Shown here piece after piece: positions 32,033 to 41,157 of a DNA stretch of 64,000 nucleotides; position 1 is the first letter of the stretch; each line of letters opens with the position of its first letter. Location of the stretch: assembly GCA_963706325.1 (NCBI GenBank), contig CAVPLT010000005.1, forward strand, positions 1 through 64,000, in the 5' to 3' direction. The DNA comes from an uncultured Nitrospiraceae bacterium. Lineage in GTDB: Bacteria; Nitrospirota; Nitrospiria; Nitrospirales; Nitrospiraceae. Made by a program: the position numbers and the translations under genes. The notes below the pieces were generated by a model. The model saw nothing but the letters and a program-made list of their open reading frames with translations, did no database searches and was not told the origin of the DNA.

Positions 32033-32442
32033 ACCTGTCGGAGTCGTTCAATCACGGAAGCAAGCGACTCCGGTGGGAGCCTCACAGGCTCGTGCGTGAT
32101 CCGCCACACCGGCTCGAGGGGCGCGGGGTCTTGTGGCAGGCGTGGAATGACGTGCCAATGGATATGGGGGAGTTGATTGCCGAGCAATTCGTAATTGATT
32201 TTGACCGCCTGCCATTCTCGAGCGAGGAGGCCGGCCACAGCGGAGACTTCTTCGATCAAGCTGGTGCGGTCGGCCCGCGAGAGGTGGAAGAGTTCAGTCG
32301 CGTGGCGTTTCAGCACCAATACCGTCCAGCCGGGGAAGAATTGATCATCGTGAAGATAGGCTTGCGTGAGACCACAATCAGCGATGAAATGATCCGGATC
32401 GGGCCAGGCGCCCAGACAGGCCTTGCAGTCAGGGCCGGTCAC
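31996..32442 (-). CDS. HIT-family hydrolase
   Basis: HIHWH histidine triad and INYELLGNQLPH. Confidence 0.9.
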   Translation of the reverse strand: MTGPDCKACLGAWPDPDHFIADCGLTQAYLHDDQFFPGWTVLVLKRHATELFHLSRADRTSLIEEVSAVAGLLAREWQAVKINYELLGNQLPHIHWHVIPRLPQDPAPLEPVWRITHEPVRLPPESLASVIERLRQVWPGHIHFPPKT

Positions 32443-33065
32443 GGTTGGCTCAGGGTCCGTCCCTCTTCAGGGGTAATCAGGCCCTTCTTGATCAACAGCT
32501 GAATGAGCTTATCCGTGGTCGCTCTATTCGGCGCGGCGGCGGCGGTAGCGGCCGCTGTTGGGGACTTCTGCTTGGGTGGCTCACGTTTCACACCCATTAC
32601 GCGAAAGGCCGGCGTGAAGACGGCGACATAGTCTCGATTCCTGATGCGAACGGTCACAGGGAGGCTCTCGCTGTTTGGGATCAGGTCGGTACTAGATCCT
32701 TGAGGGACGCGGAAAAATGGTTTCCCGTCATCCGTTGTGCCGTCCTGGCCGATGATTTCCATCCGGGTCAAGAGGGACTCGCCCGTCAAGTTTTCGTGAT
32801 CCTGTCCGGCGGTATTGGTGATGTGATCCAGGACGAGGATCAAGGAATCGGCCACAAAGAGATCTGCGGAATGGTTGCGGACCGTCACATCGTACCGGTA
32901 TTCGCTCGAAAAATTATCCCGGCTCCGCAGGGTGACGAATGCGGCCGCCTTGCCGCTCAAATCAGCCAGTTGATCCGCGGCGAGCGCGTGAATGGGCGCG
33001 TAGATTTCTGCCAGCAGCATGCAGGCGCTTGCCACCAGCATCTGCACGGATCTCGTCATGCCCAT
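32439..33065 (-). CDS. hypothetical exported protein
   Basis: Signal peptide, C-terminal LIQLLIKKGLIT. Confidence 0.7.
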   Translation of the reverse strand: MGMTRSVQMLVASACMLLAEIYAPIHALAADQLADLSGKAAAFVTLRSRDNFSSEYRYDVTVRNHSADLFVADSLILVLDHITNTAGQDHENLTGESLLTRMEIIGQDGTTDDGKPFFRVPQGSSTDLIPNSESLPVTVRIRNRDYVAVFTPAFRVMGVKREPPKQKSPTAAATAAAAPNRATTDKLIQLLIKKGLITPEEGRTLSQP

Positions 33066-33158
33066 GGTTCCCTCCTTCTTAATCGGCCCTGCTCCGCCTC
33101 AGGATAACAAAGCCCCACGGTCAGTGCGAGGAAATCTCTCCCCATCCACGCACATTGC

Positions 33159-34097
33159 TTGACACATTCTTTTCACGGACGATATTCTGCGCCCCAAATC
33201 ATCGGAGCCGGCTCATCACACCGCATGTCTCACACACGCATGACGTCTGCTCAGCTTCTTGTACCTCGCGCATTGGTCACCAAGCTGTTGCAGCTCTACG
33301 ACTATCCGGACCCGCGTCGTCCAGGGCGACGTATCAAGGGATATGACTGCCCCCATGCCTTGCGGACCGCCCGGATGTGCGCCGCGGTGGCGCAACGGCT
33401 GGGGCACGAGCCGACGAGGGTGAAGCAGTATCAAATTGCCTGTATCCTGCACGATCTGGGCCGTGCCGGGCTCGATCGGAAACTCTTCGGCCGCATTTGG
33501 TCCTGGGCCCGCGCACAGGGCATTCCGACCAGGCCACGTGAATGGCGAGCCATTCACCCGCAGACTAAGTATGGACGGGAGACCGAGGCCTTTGTGGCAC
33601 TTCACAAGTCCTCGCTGGAGGCCTCAGGAATCGTCCTGGACCGCTGGGCGTGTGAGCAGGTAGAAATGCGTCTGGGCTATGCCCGTCGCCTGGCCAGGCG
33701 TCTTCGTCTTGCGCAACCGATGTTGCGCGATCTGGCCGTCACGTGGTCGCCTTGGATGGGTCGGATCATGCTGTATTACTATTATCCTGAAAAGCTGAAG
33801 GACGCGCAGCCCTGGGTGCGGCAACTGGCCGAGATCCTGGTGGCCTGTGAACAATTTGAGGCCTATAGCAATCAGCGGCGCGGGCGTGATTATTATGCGC
33901 GGCCACGAGAAGACCTGTCGGAAGCCTTTGCCTATCTCGATACATTGCAGAAGGAAGGAATCCTCAGTCGCTTGGTCGTCAGGAGCCTGCGGATGCTGGC
34001 GGCCGAGGGTGCCTTCGATACCGTATTGGAACAGGCGAAGGGACGGGCGTTGTCCAGACGGGAACGCACGCTGTTGCGTCAGGCCGTTCAGGAGTAA
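33159..34097 (+). CDS. HD-domain protein
   Basis: H...ILHDLGR motif. The true start is probably downstream (~33225-33240). Confidence 0.7.
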   Translation: MTHSFHGRYSAPQIIGAGSSHRMSHTRMTSAQLLVPRALVTKLLQLYDYPDPRRPGRRIKGYDCPHALRTARMCAAVAQRLGHEPTRVKQYQIACILHDLGRAGLDRKLFGRIWSWARAQGIPTRPREWRAIHPQTKYGRETEAFVALHKSSLEASGIVLDRWACEQVEMRLGYARRLARRLRLAQPMLRDLAVTWSPWMGRIMLYYYYPEKLKDAQPWVRQLAEILVACEQFEAYSNQRRGRDYYARPREDLSEAFAYLDTLQKEGILSRLVVRSLRMLAAEGAFDTVLEQAKGRALSRRERTLLRQAVQE

Positions 34098-34100
34098 TGC

Positions 34101-34523
34101 ATGGCTGTCAAAAGTATTTCGATGCGGGTGCACATGCAGGGCGATTGCCAGGTGGAGAATATTACTCCGCAGGTGCAGGAGGCGGTCAGGCAGACGCAGC
34201 TGCGGGCCGGCATTCTCACCCTGTTCATCAAACACACGACGGCATCCGTGCTGATCATCGAGGATGAGCCCGGTATCCGCGCCGATACCAAAGCCCTGTG
34301 GGGGCGAATGGTCCCCGCCGATCCCGCTTGGCGGCACAATACCCTTAACCAGGGTGAAGACAACGGCCATAGCCACTTGCGTGGCCAGCTTCAGGGGCAG
34401 TCTCTCACGATTCCGTTCAACGATGGTGTGATGACGCTGGGAACCTGGCAGCAGATCGTCGTGCTGGATTTCGACACTCGCGCGCGCACCCGGGAATTGG
34501 TCATTCAGGTGATGGGTGAATAG
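34101..34523 (+). CDS. yjbQ: YjbQ/UPF0047-family protein
   Basis: HTTAS, DNGHSHL, LGTWQQI...FD motifs. Confidence 0.85.
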   Translation: MAVKSISMRVHMQGDCQVENITPQVQEAVRQTQLRAGILTLFIKHTTASVLIIEDEPGIRADTKALWGRMVPADPAWRHNTLNQGEDNGHSHLRGQLQGQSLTIPFNDGVMTLGTWQQIVVLDFDTRARTRELVIQVMGE

Positions 34524-35651
34524 GTGTGGTTGAACAGTGCAATGATCTGCAGGGGCAGTGGACGATGCGTCCGCATCGGCTTGATCACGGCGTGGTTTTT
34601 GAGTGGGCCCTATTCGGCGTTGCTTCCTGCTTTAGCCGAGACGAAGGACATTCTCGCTGCGCAATCGCCCGGGCCCACTGAACTCAGCTCAGATGAACAA
34701 TCCACCATTGCAGTTTTCGAGCGGGCGACGAGATCCGTGGTGTTTATCGCAAACACAGCGATGCAACGAGACCCCTGGTCATTCAATCTATTCGAGGTGC
34801 CGCAGGGATCGGGGACCGGATTTGTGTGGAGTCGGCAGGGCCATATCGTCACCAACTTCCATGTTATCTATGGCGCCGATGCCATCACCGTGACCTTGGC
34901 CGATCAAGTCGAATACAAGGCGAAAGTGGTGGGGGTCGACCCGGACCACGATATCGCGGTGCTCCAGATTCAAGCCCCGGAATCGGCCCTTCAACCGGTT
35001 ACGATCGGGAATTCTCAATCGCTACGCGTCGGACAGAAGGTGTTGGCTATCGGTAACCCATTCGGCCTTGACCATACGCTCACCACCGGTGTCGTGAGTG
35101 CGCTCGGTCGGACCATTAAATCAATGAGCAATCGGACCATCGAAGGTGTCATCCAGACTGATGCCGCCATCAACCCCGGCAACTCAGGCGGTCCGCTTTT
35201 GGACAGTGCGGGTCGCTTGATCGGGATGAACACGCAAATCGTGAGCCCAAGCGGCGCGTTTGCCGGAATCGGTTTTGCCGTACCCGCCGATACGGTTAGC
35301 CGGACGGTGCCGGAGTTGATCAAGCATGGCAAGCTGATCAGGCCGGGCTTGGGCATCTCGCTGGTGCCGGATGCCATGGCGCGGCGCTGGGGCGTGCATG
35401 GAGTCATCATCGGGAAGGTCGGACGAGGGAGTTCAGCTGAAAGGGCCGGTCTGCGCGGATCACGAGAAACCTCCGGAGGACGTGTTGAGCTCGGTGACAT
35501 TCTCGTTGCCGTGGACGGAAAGCCAGTGGAAACTATCGACGACCTCATGGCTCTGATGGAGCAGCATAAAGTCGGGGATCAAGTCATCATGGAGTATATG
35601 CGTGGAAATCGGAAGCTGCAGGTGACGGTCGCGTTGCAGGCGGTCAACTGA
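34524..35651 (+). CDS. HtrA/DegP-like trypsin serine protease with PDZ domain
   Basis: TNFHV, DIAVL, IQTDAAINPGNSGGPL and a C-terminal PDZ. Confidence 0.92.
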   Translation: MWLNSAMICRGSGRCVRIGLITAWFLSGPYSALLPALAETKDILAAQSPGPTELSSDEQSTIAVFERATRSVVFIANTAMQRDPWSFNLFEVPQGSGTGFVWSRQGHIVTNFHVIYGADAITVTLADQVEYKAKVVGVDPDHDIAVLQIQAPESALQPVTIGNSQSLRVGQKVLAIGNPFGLDHTLTTGVVSALGRTIKSMSNRTIEGVIQTDAAINPGNSGGPLLDSAGRLIGMNTQIVSPSGAFAGIGFAVPADTVSRTVPELIKHGKLIRPGLGISLVPDAMARRWGVHGVIIGKVGRGSSAERAGLRGSRETSGGRVELGDILVAVDGKPVETIDDLMALMEQHKVGDQVIMEYMRGNRKLQVTVALQAVN

Positions 35652-35744
35652 TTTGGACGATGGAGTCAGGCGATCTCCGGTAGCGACAGCGGAGTTGTCC
35701 TCTGTGTTAGGATGACCAGAGTTAGACCAGCCGGAGGACTACAC

Positions 35745-37493
35745 ATGAGCGACCATAGAAAATCCGATCAGGCCGAGCCGGGTGCGTCGCAGCCGAGGCG
35801 CGATGTCTCGGCGTCCGCGGATCCGTTGGAGCTGATCGACGAATGTCTGGCAGCGTTCCCAGACAGCGATCCTCGCCAAAAGCTCCTGTACAAGTTACGA
35901 CATGTGATGACGGCTCAGTCGGTCGTACAGGATCGTCGCGAAACCGAATTTAAGAAACTCAACGAAGTGGTGACGAAGTTGACTGCGCCCGCCAATCGGG
36001 TGGGTCTGCTCGTAGAGGTTCCGGGGGAGGGGCTGGCGCGCATCGTGGTGGGAGGGGCGGAGTATTACGCCAATATCGATCCACGTCTCCCAGCGGAGGA
36101 CCTCAAAATCGGCACGCAGATCCTGGTCAACGAGGCCTATACGGTGATCAAGACCCTCGGCTACGACCGCAACGGACCGGTATTGAAAGTGGCTGAAGTG
36201 TTGCCGGACGGGCGCATCCGTTTCGAGCAGGATATGGGGCGGCAGGCCTTGATTCTGCAGCGATCCAGTGATTTGGTCGGGGCAGATCTGAAGGCCGGCG
36301 ACGAAGTGCGCATTGAGCCGACCCACCGAATCGCCATCGAAAAATTCGAAAACCGTCAGGCGAGGACGCATCTCCTGGATGAAGTGCCGAGCGTAACCTG
36401 GGATCAGATCGGTGGCCAGCAGCAAGCGATTGAGGCGATTCGCAAAGCGATCGAATATCCCCTGCTCCATGCTGAGACCTTTACGAAATATCAGTTTACG
36501 CAGCCGAAGGGATTCTTGCTCTATGGCCCGCCTGGCTGTGGCAAAACCTTGATCGGACAGGCCGCCGCCGCGAGCTTGGCTCAGTTGGTGCGTGAGTCAC
36601 AGGGACAGGATGCTTCAGAAGGCAAAACAAAGAATCCCCCGGTGACGAGCGGAGCCTTCCTCCACATTAAGGGGCCGGAGATTCTCAACATGTGGCTTGG
36701 CGAATCCGAGCGGATCGTCCGGGACCTGTTCGCGAAGGCGCGCGCCAGACGGAAGGAAGGGGCTCTGCCGTTTATTTTCATCGATGAAGCCGAGTCCGTG
36801 TTGGGCACCAGGCGGTCGATGCGTTCGTTCAACATCAATAACACACTGGTGCCGATGTTCTGCGCCGAAATGGACGGCATTGAATCGCTGCAGGACGTGG
36901 TGATTATTCTGGCTTCCAACCGGCCTGACCTGATTGATCCGGCGGTGCTGAGGCCAGGTCGTATCGATCGGAAGATCAAAGTCGCGCGTCCGAATCGGGA
37001 GGCGGCGCTCGAGATTCTCGGCGTCTATCTGACGGCCGCTCTGCCGCTTGATCCTGAGCTGTTGGGCCAAAACGGCCAGGACCACGAAGCGGCCCGACGC
37101 GCGGTGATCGAGCAGGTGGTGGACAGTCTGTTCTCACGGACGGATCAGAACCGGGTCTTGTCGATCCGCCTGCGGAATGGACACAACAAGGTGCTGTATC
37201 GCGGGGACTTGGTCAGCGGGGCCATCCTTTCTTCGATCGTGCAGCGGGCGAAGGAGAAGGCGATTGAACGGGTCGTCGCAAAGACCGGGGCATCTGCTGG
37301 TGACGGGCTTCGTGCGCAGGACCTGCTCGATGCGGTGCATGAAGAGTACCGGGAAGGCGAGATGTTGCCGCCTGATGATGCGGCAGAAGAATGGCTCAAG
37401 CTCCTGGATCATCATCCTGAACAGGTCGTCGGCGTGTCGTCGTTCCGTCGTGGACGGCAAACCGAAGAGCGACTGGTGAATCAGATCATTTAA
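35745..37493 (+). CDS. arc: proteasome-associated AAA ATPase (ARC/Mpa)
   Basis: Coiled coil, OB domains, GPPGCGKT, FIDEAE, NRPDLIDPAVLRPGRIDRKI. GGAGG RBS. Confidence 0.9.
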   Translation: MSDHRKSDQAEPGASQPRRDVSASADPLELIDECLAAFPDSDPRQKLLYKLRHVMTAQSVVQDRRETEFKKLNEVVTKLTAPANRVGLLVEVPGEGLARIVVGGAEYYANIDPRLPAEDLKIGTQILVNEAYTVIKTLGYDRNGPVLKVAEVLPDGRIRFEQDMGRQALILQRSSDLVGADLKAGDEVRIEPTHRIAIEKFENRQARTHLLDEVPSVTWDQIGGQQQAIEAIRKAIEYPLLHAETFTKYQFTQPKGFLLYGPPGCGKTLIGQAAAASLAQLVRESQGQDASEGKTKNPPVTSGAFLHIKGPEILNMWLGESERIVRDLFAKARARRKEGALPFIFIDEAESVLGTRRSMRSFNINNTLVPMFCAEMDGIESLQDVVIILASNRPDLIDPAVLRPGRIDRKIKVARPNREAALEILGVYLTAALPLDPELLGQNGQDHEAARRAVIEQVVDSLFSRTDQNRVLSIRLRNGHNKVLYRGDLVSGAILSSIVQRAKEKAIERVVAKTGASAGDGLRAQDLLDAVHEEYREGEMLPPDDAAEEWLKLLDHHPEQVVGVSSFRRGRQTEERLVNQII

Positions 37494-37494
37494 A

Positions 37495-37540
37495 CACGAG
37501 GGCGAGTGAGTCAGGCGCTTGATTGATTCACTCGCCCGTG
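37495..37540 (+). other. intergenic stem-loop between arc and dop
   Basis: gggcgagtgagtca (37500-13) pairs with tgattcactcgccc (37524-37). No U-tract follows. Confidence 0.6.
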
Positions 37541-37552
37541 GATGAAGTAGGC

Positions 37553-39073
37553 ATGCATCTCTTCGGCATAGAAACGGAATACGGGATCACCAGAGAGGAT
37601 CTCGATGCGGTCGATCCCGTCGAGGAGTCGATGGAGCTGGTGCGCGCCCATCTGACCGGCGATTTCGAACCTCGGTGGGACTATAGGGGTGAAGATCCGC
37701 ATGAGGATGCGCGCGGATTCCGCGTGTCCGGCCTGCAGCAAGACAAAGAAGAGGACGATTTCGCCAAGATCGATGCGCATCGACCGTTTTCGTTTCACGA
37801 GATGAAGAGCGATCTGGTCCTGCCGAACGGCGCGCGATTCTACAACGACCATACCCATCCCGAATATTCCACTCCCGAATGTCGCACGCTCAAAGACCTG
37901 TTGGCGCATGACCGGGCCGGGGAGCGCATCGTCCAGCGCGCAGCCGATCGCCGAAACCAGCGTCTCGGCGGGGCTCATGTGCAACTCTACAAGAACAATA
38001 CCGACTTTCACGGCCACAGTTATGGCTGTCATGACAATTACCTCGTGTCACGCTCATTGCCATTTCCGCAGCTGGTCAGCGGCCTCTTGCCGTTTTTGGT
38101 CAGCCGCCAGTTGCTGGCAGGAACCGGGAAGGTCGGAATGGAAGCGCAGGAGTCCGGTTTTGTGCCCGGGGCCTATCAACTCTCGCAACGTGCGGACTTC
38201 ATGGAAGCGGAATTGGGCGTCGATACGATGCACAATCGCCCGATCCTGAACACGCGCGATGAACCACATGCCGATCGGACCAAGTACCGGCGTCTGCATC
38301 TGATCCTGGGCGATGCCAACATGTGCGAGTATGCGACCGCCCTCAAGGTGGGAACGACCAGGCTCGTGTTGGACCTTCTCCAGCGCGAGGTCATGCCGAA
38401 TCTGGAGTTGGATCAACCGGTGGCCGCGATCAAACAACTCTCGCGGGATCCTGATCTCAAGACGACCGTGCGGTTGAAGGATGGCCGAACCATCTCCGGG
38501 CTGGGCATTCAAGAGGCGTACTGGAATGCTGCGAGCCGCTCTTGTAGCGGTGCCGATCCGGACGCTGATTGGGTCTTGCGAGAATGGGAGGAGACCCTTC
38601 GCCTGCTGAGCCAGGACCGTGCTCAGTTGGTCGGGAAGCTCGATTGGGTAACGAAACAGTGGTTGCTCGAAACCTTTGTGCGCGAAGAACGCCTTGCGTG
38701 GGATGATCCGTGGCTCACCAGCCTTGATTTGGAATATCATAATATGAGCCCCGACCGCGGATTGTTTCTTGGGCTGGAAGCCGAAGGGAAAACCTGGCGC
38801 ATGACAACCGAGAGTGATATCACCCAGGCCCTCTCTGCCGGTCCCTCGGATACCCGCGGGGGGCTGCGAGGATTATGCGTCAGACGATTCCCGGAGCAGA
38901 TCACCACTATGCAGTGGGAACGTATTCAATTCTCCGGAGGGCTGCGCGCGCGAACGCTGGAGATGGGGGATCTTTTCGATCCCGATGACGTGCAGGCCTG
39001 TGCCGCCTTGTTCGAAACAGCCGCCGCTCCTGCCGATGCCCTGGCCGCGTGGTCGAGACGAAAGGAAATCTAA
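37553..39073 (+). CDS. dop: Dop-like deamidase/deconjugase (PafA2 family)
   Basis: FGIETEYG, NGARFYNDHTHPEYSTPEC, SYGCHDNY, NTRDEPHAD...RRLH. Confidence 0.85.
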   Translation: MHLFGIETEYGITREDLDAVDPVEESMELVRAHLTGDFEPRWDYRGEDPHEDARGFRVSGLQQDKEEDDFAKIDAHRPFSFHEMKSDLVLPNGARFYNDHTHPEYSTPECRTLKDLLAHDRAGERIVQRAADRRNQRLGGAHVQLYKNNTDFHGHSYGCHDNYLVSRSLPFPQLVSGLLPFLVSRQLLAGTGKVGMEAQESGFVPGAYQLSQRADFMEAELGVDTMHNRPILNTRDEPHADRTKYRRLHLILGDANMCEYATALKVGTTRLVLDLLQREVMPNLELDQPVAAIKQLSRDPDLKTTVRLKDGRTISGLGIQEAYWNAASRSCSGADPDADWVLREWEETLRLLSQDRAQLVGKLDWVTKQWLLETFVREERLAWDDPWLTSLDLEYHNMSPDRGLFLGLEAEGKTWRMTTESDITQALSAGPSDTRGGLRGLCVRRFPEQITTMQWERIQFSGGLRARTLEMGDLFDPDDVQACAALFETAAAPADALAAWSRRKEI

Positions 39074-39075
39074 GG

Positions 39076-39267
39076 ATGCGATATATGATGATGCCGGAAC
39101 GTCGTGAAGCCCCGGGCGATCCCATGCCGAAACCGAGCCCATCTGAGGAAGGCGGCGGACCACGTCGGCCCGAAACGGGTTCGCCGGATAAGGATAATCT
39201 TCTGAAGCGAATGCGGAAGGTCGATCCCAAGCAGGCGGAGCGTTACCGGCAGCGAACGGGTGAGTGA
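39076..39267 (+). CDS. ubact: ubiquitin-like protein UBact
   Basis: 63-aa disordered protein ending LLKRMRKVDPKQAERYRQRTGE, between dop and prcB. Confidence 0.9.
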   Translation: MRYMMMPERREAPGDPMPKPSPSEEGGGPRRPETGSPDKDNLLKRMRKVDPKQAERYRQRTGE

Positions 39268-39325
39268 GACTGGCCAGCGGGACGACGTCCGTGTGTGCGC
39301 GGGCTGCGGCCTCAGAGGAAGGGAT

Positions 39326-39421
39326 AGGGAGCAGACGGACTGCCCTTCTTGCTCGCAGAACGCGCACAATAACACCGTGCTCATCCGATGCGCGCAGTGA
39401 AGGACAGTCCGCCTGCTCCCT
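39326..39421. repeat. 96-bp palindromic (REP/MITE-like) element
   Basis: agggagcagacggactgcccttc (39326-48) and gaaggacagtccgcctgctccct (39399-421) are inverted repeats matching 21/23. Confidence 0.65.
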
Positions 39422-39483
39422 GGGGAAGAGTGTGCCTTGGAAATGAACAATGGCCAAGCGAATCGGAAAGGTGGAGTATAGCA

Positions 39484-40257
39484 ATGGGGATGCAAGGGGA
39501 CTTTTTCCAGCTTTTGAAAGAGCAAGGTTATCAGTTCGGCAATGCTGTCGCTGGCGCGGTTGGGATGGACATCCCCAATGCCACGACGATCCTGGCGCTC
39601 AAATATCGGGATGGCGTCCTTGTTGCCGGTGATCGTCGCGCTACGGCAGGTAATATGGTTATGTACGATCGGACCGATAAGGTTCTAGAGATCGATCGGC
39701 ACAGTGTCATGGCGATTGCGGGCGTGCCGGCCACCGCCTATGAAATGGTGCGTGTGCTCGAGCATTCGTTCAAATACTATCGACGCACGCAATTGCAGGA
39801 ATTGAGTTTTGAAGGAAAGCTTCGTGCCGTGTCCAAGCTGCTGAAGGAAAATGTGCCGGCGGCGCTGGCCGGGACTGGTGCAGTGGTGCCCGTGTTTGCA
39901 GGGTACGACCATGAGCAGGATGCGGCAAAGATTTACTTCTACGATATTTTGGGGGCTGAATTCGAAGCGGTGGAATATGCCGTATCCGGCTCCGGTTCCC
40001 CGACGATTCGAGGCATTCTCCACTATGTGAATACCTGGGGGCCGCAACCCTTGGCGATGCTTCCGGAGGAGGAGGCCACCATCCAAGCGCTTCGGCTGCT
40101 CACGAGTGCGGCGGAATTCGATTCGGCTACCGGCGGCGTGAATCGCGAACTGAATCTGTATCCGGTCGTCAAGCTCATCACGGCGGCGGGTGTTCAGACT
40201 ATTGCAGGTGAAAATTTGAAACGAATGTATGAGGCGGAAGTGCTTCGGGGCGCGTAG
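39484..40257 (+). CDS. prcB: 20S proteasome beta subunit
   Basis: Propeptide then A-TTILAL (Thr1), AGDRRATAG, GSGS, DSATGG. Confidence 0.9.
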   Translation: MGMQGDFFQLLKEQGYQFGNAVAGAVGMDIPNATTILALKYRDGVLVAGDRRATAGNMVMYDRTDKVLEIDRHSVMAIAGVPATAYEMVRVLEHSFKYYRRTQLQELSFEGKLRAVSKLLKENVPAALAGTGAVVPVFAGYDHEQDAAKIYFYDILGAEFEAVEYAVSGSGSPTIRGILHYVNTWGPQPLAMLPEEEATIQALRLLTSAAEFDSATGGVNRELNLYPVVKLITAAGVQTIAGENLKRMYEAEVLRGA

Positions 40258-40319
40258 CCAACCGTCTCCAAGGGATTTCAAGGCAGGATTACCTAGTCAT
40301 ATGCAGAGGGTGACACGTT

Positions 40320-41156
40320 ATGTATGAGGAACCATATCGGTGGGTCGAAGCGGTCGGCAATCGACGGCAATACCTGGACGAGCAATTTACGAAGGGTGCG
40401 CCGGTCGTCGCGTTGGCCTATGCCGATGGCATTGTGATGCTCACCGTCAGTCGCGGCACGCCAAAGCTCTACGAGATCTACGACCGCATCGCTCTCGGCG
40501 GTATGGGGCATCCGGCCGATCTGGAAAAGTTGCGGTTCTCCCTGCTCGAAATGGCGCATGTGGAGGGATTTAATCGTTCGCCATCCGATGTCACTGGTGC
40601 GCGATTGATGAAGTACGGATTGGCTCCCACCATCAAGCAGGCCTTCGAAGAGATTTATAAAGCGCCCTTTATTGCCAAGATCCTGCTGGCCGAATTGGGT
40701 GCCAAGGCCGAGCGCGATCTGTTTTTGACCATCAACTATGATGGAAACTTTGAGGAAACCCGGCGCTGGGCCGCGCTGGGAGCGACACCTGCCGTTCAAT
40801 CAAGGATGGGTCGCTACCTGGAATCTCAACCGGGACTTGCGCAGGCTACGTTATCACAGGCTGTCGATGCTGCTCTTTCTGCTTGGGCGGTGGGCTCGTT
40901 AGCCCAAATTTCAGGGGAGGCCACCGACGGGGAGTCAACCGCTGTGCCTGCTTCGGCGGAACAGTCCGACGAGGTGGCTGTGATACCGGATAGAGCCGTG
41001 CTGTTGGGACATGTGCGACAGACCGTCGGAGAGAAGTCTTTGGAATGTATTCTGTTGGAGCGCAATGGGCCAGGGTCATCGAAATATCGCGCCCTCCGTT
41101 CCGACGAACTCGGCGCTCTCCTTCCTTCGGCGATGAAGACTTCCAGCGCGACCTAA
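40320..41156 (+). CDS. prcA: 20S proteasome alpha subunit
   Basis: G.PVVAL...KLYEIYDRIA, typical of bacterial PrcA. Operon position fits. Confidence 0.85.
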   Translation: MYEEPYRWVEAVGNRRQYLDEQFTKGAPVVALAYADGIVMLTVSRGTPKLYEIYDRIALGGMGHPADLEKLRFSLLEMAHVEGFNRSPSDVTGARLMKYGLAPTIKQAFEEIYKAPFIAKILLAELGAKAERDLFLTINYDGNFEETRRWAALGATPAVQSRMGRYLESQPGLAQATLSQAVDAALSAWAVGSLAQISGEATDGESTAVPASAEQSDEVAVIPDRAVLLGHVRQTVGEKSLECILLERNGPGSSKYRALRSDELGALLPSAMKTSSAT

Positions 41157-41157
41157 T

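Noticed and set aside
39264..39446. 60-aa ORF after ubact
   Set aside because: Spans the palindromic element and is probably spurious.
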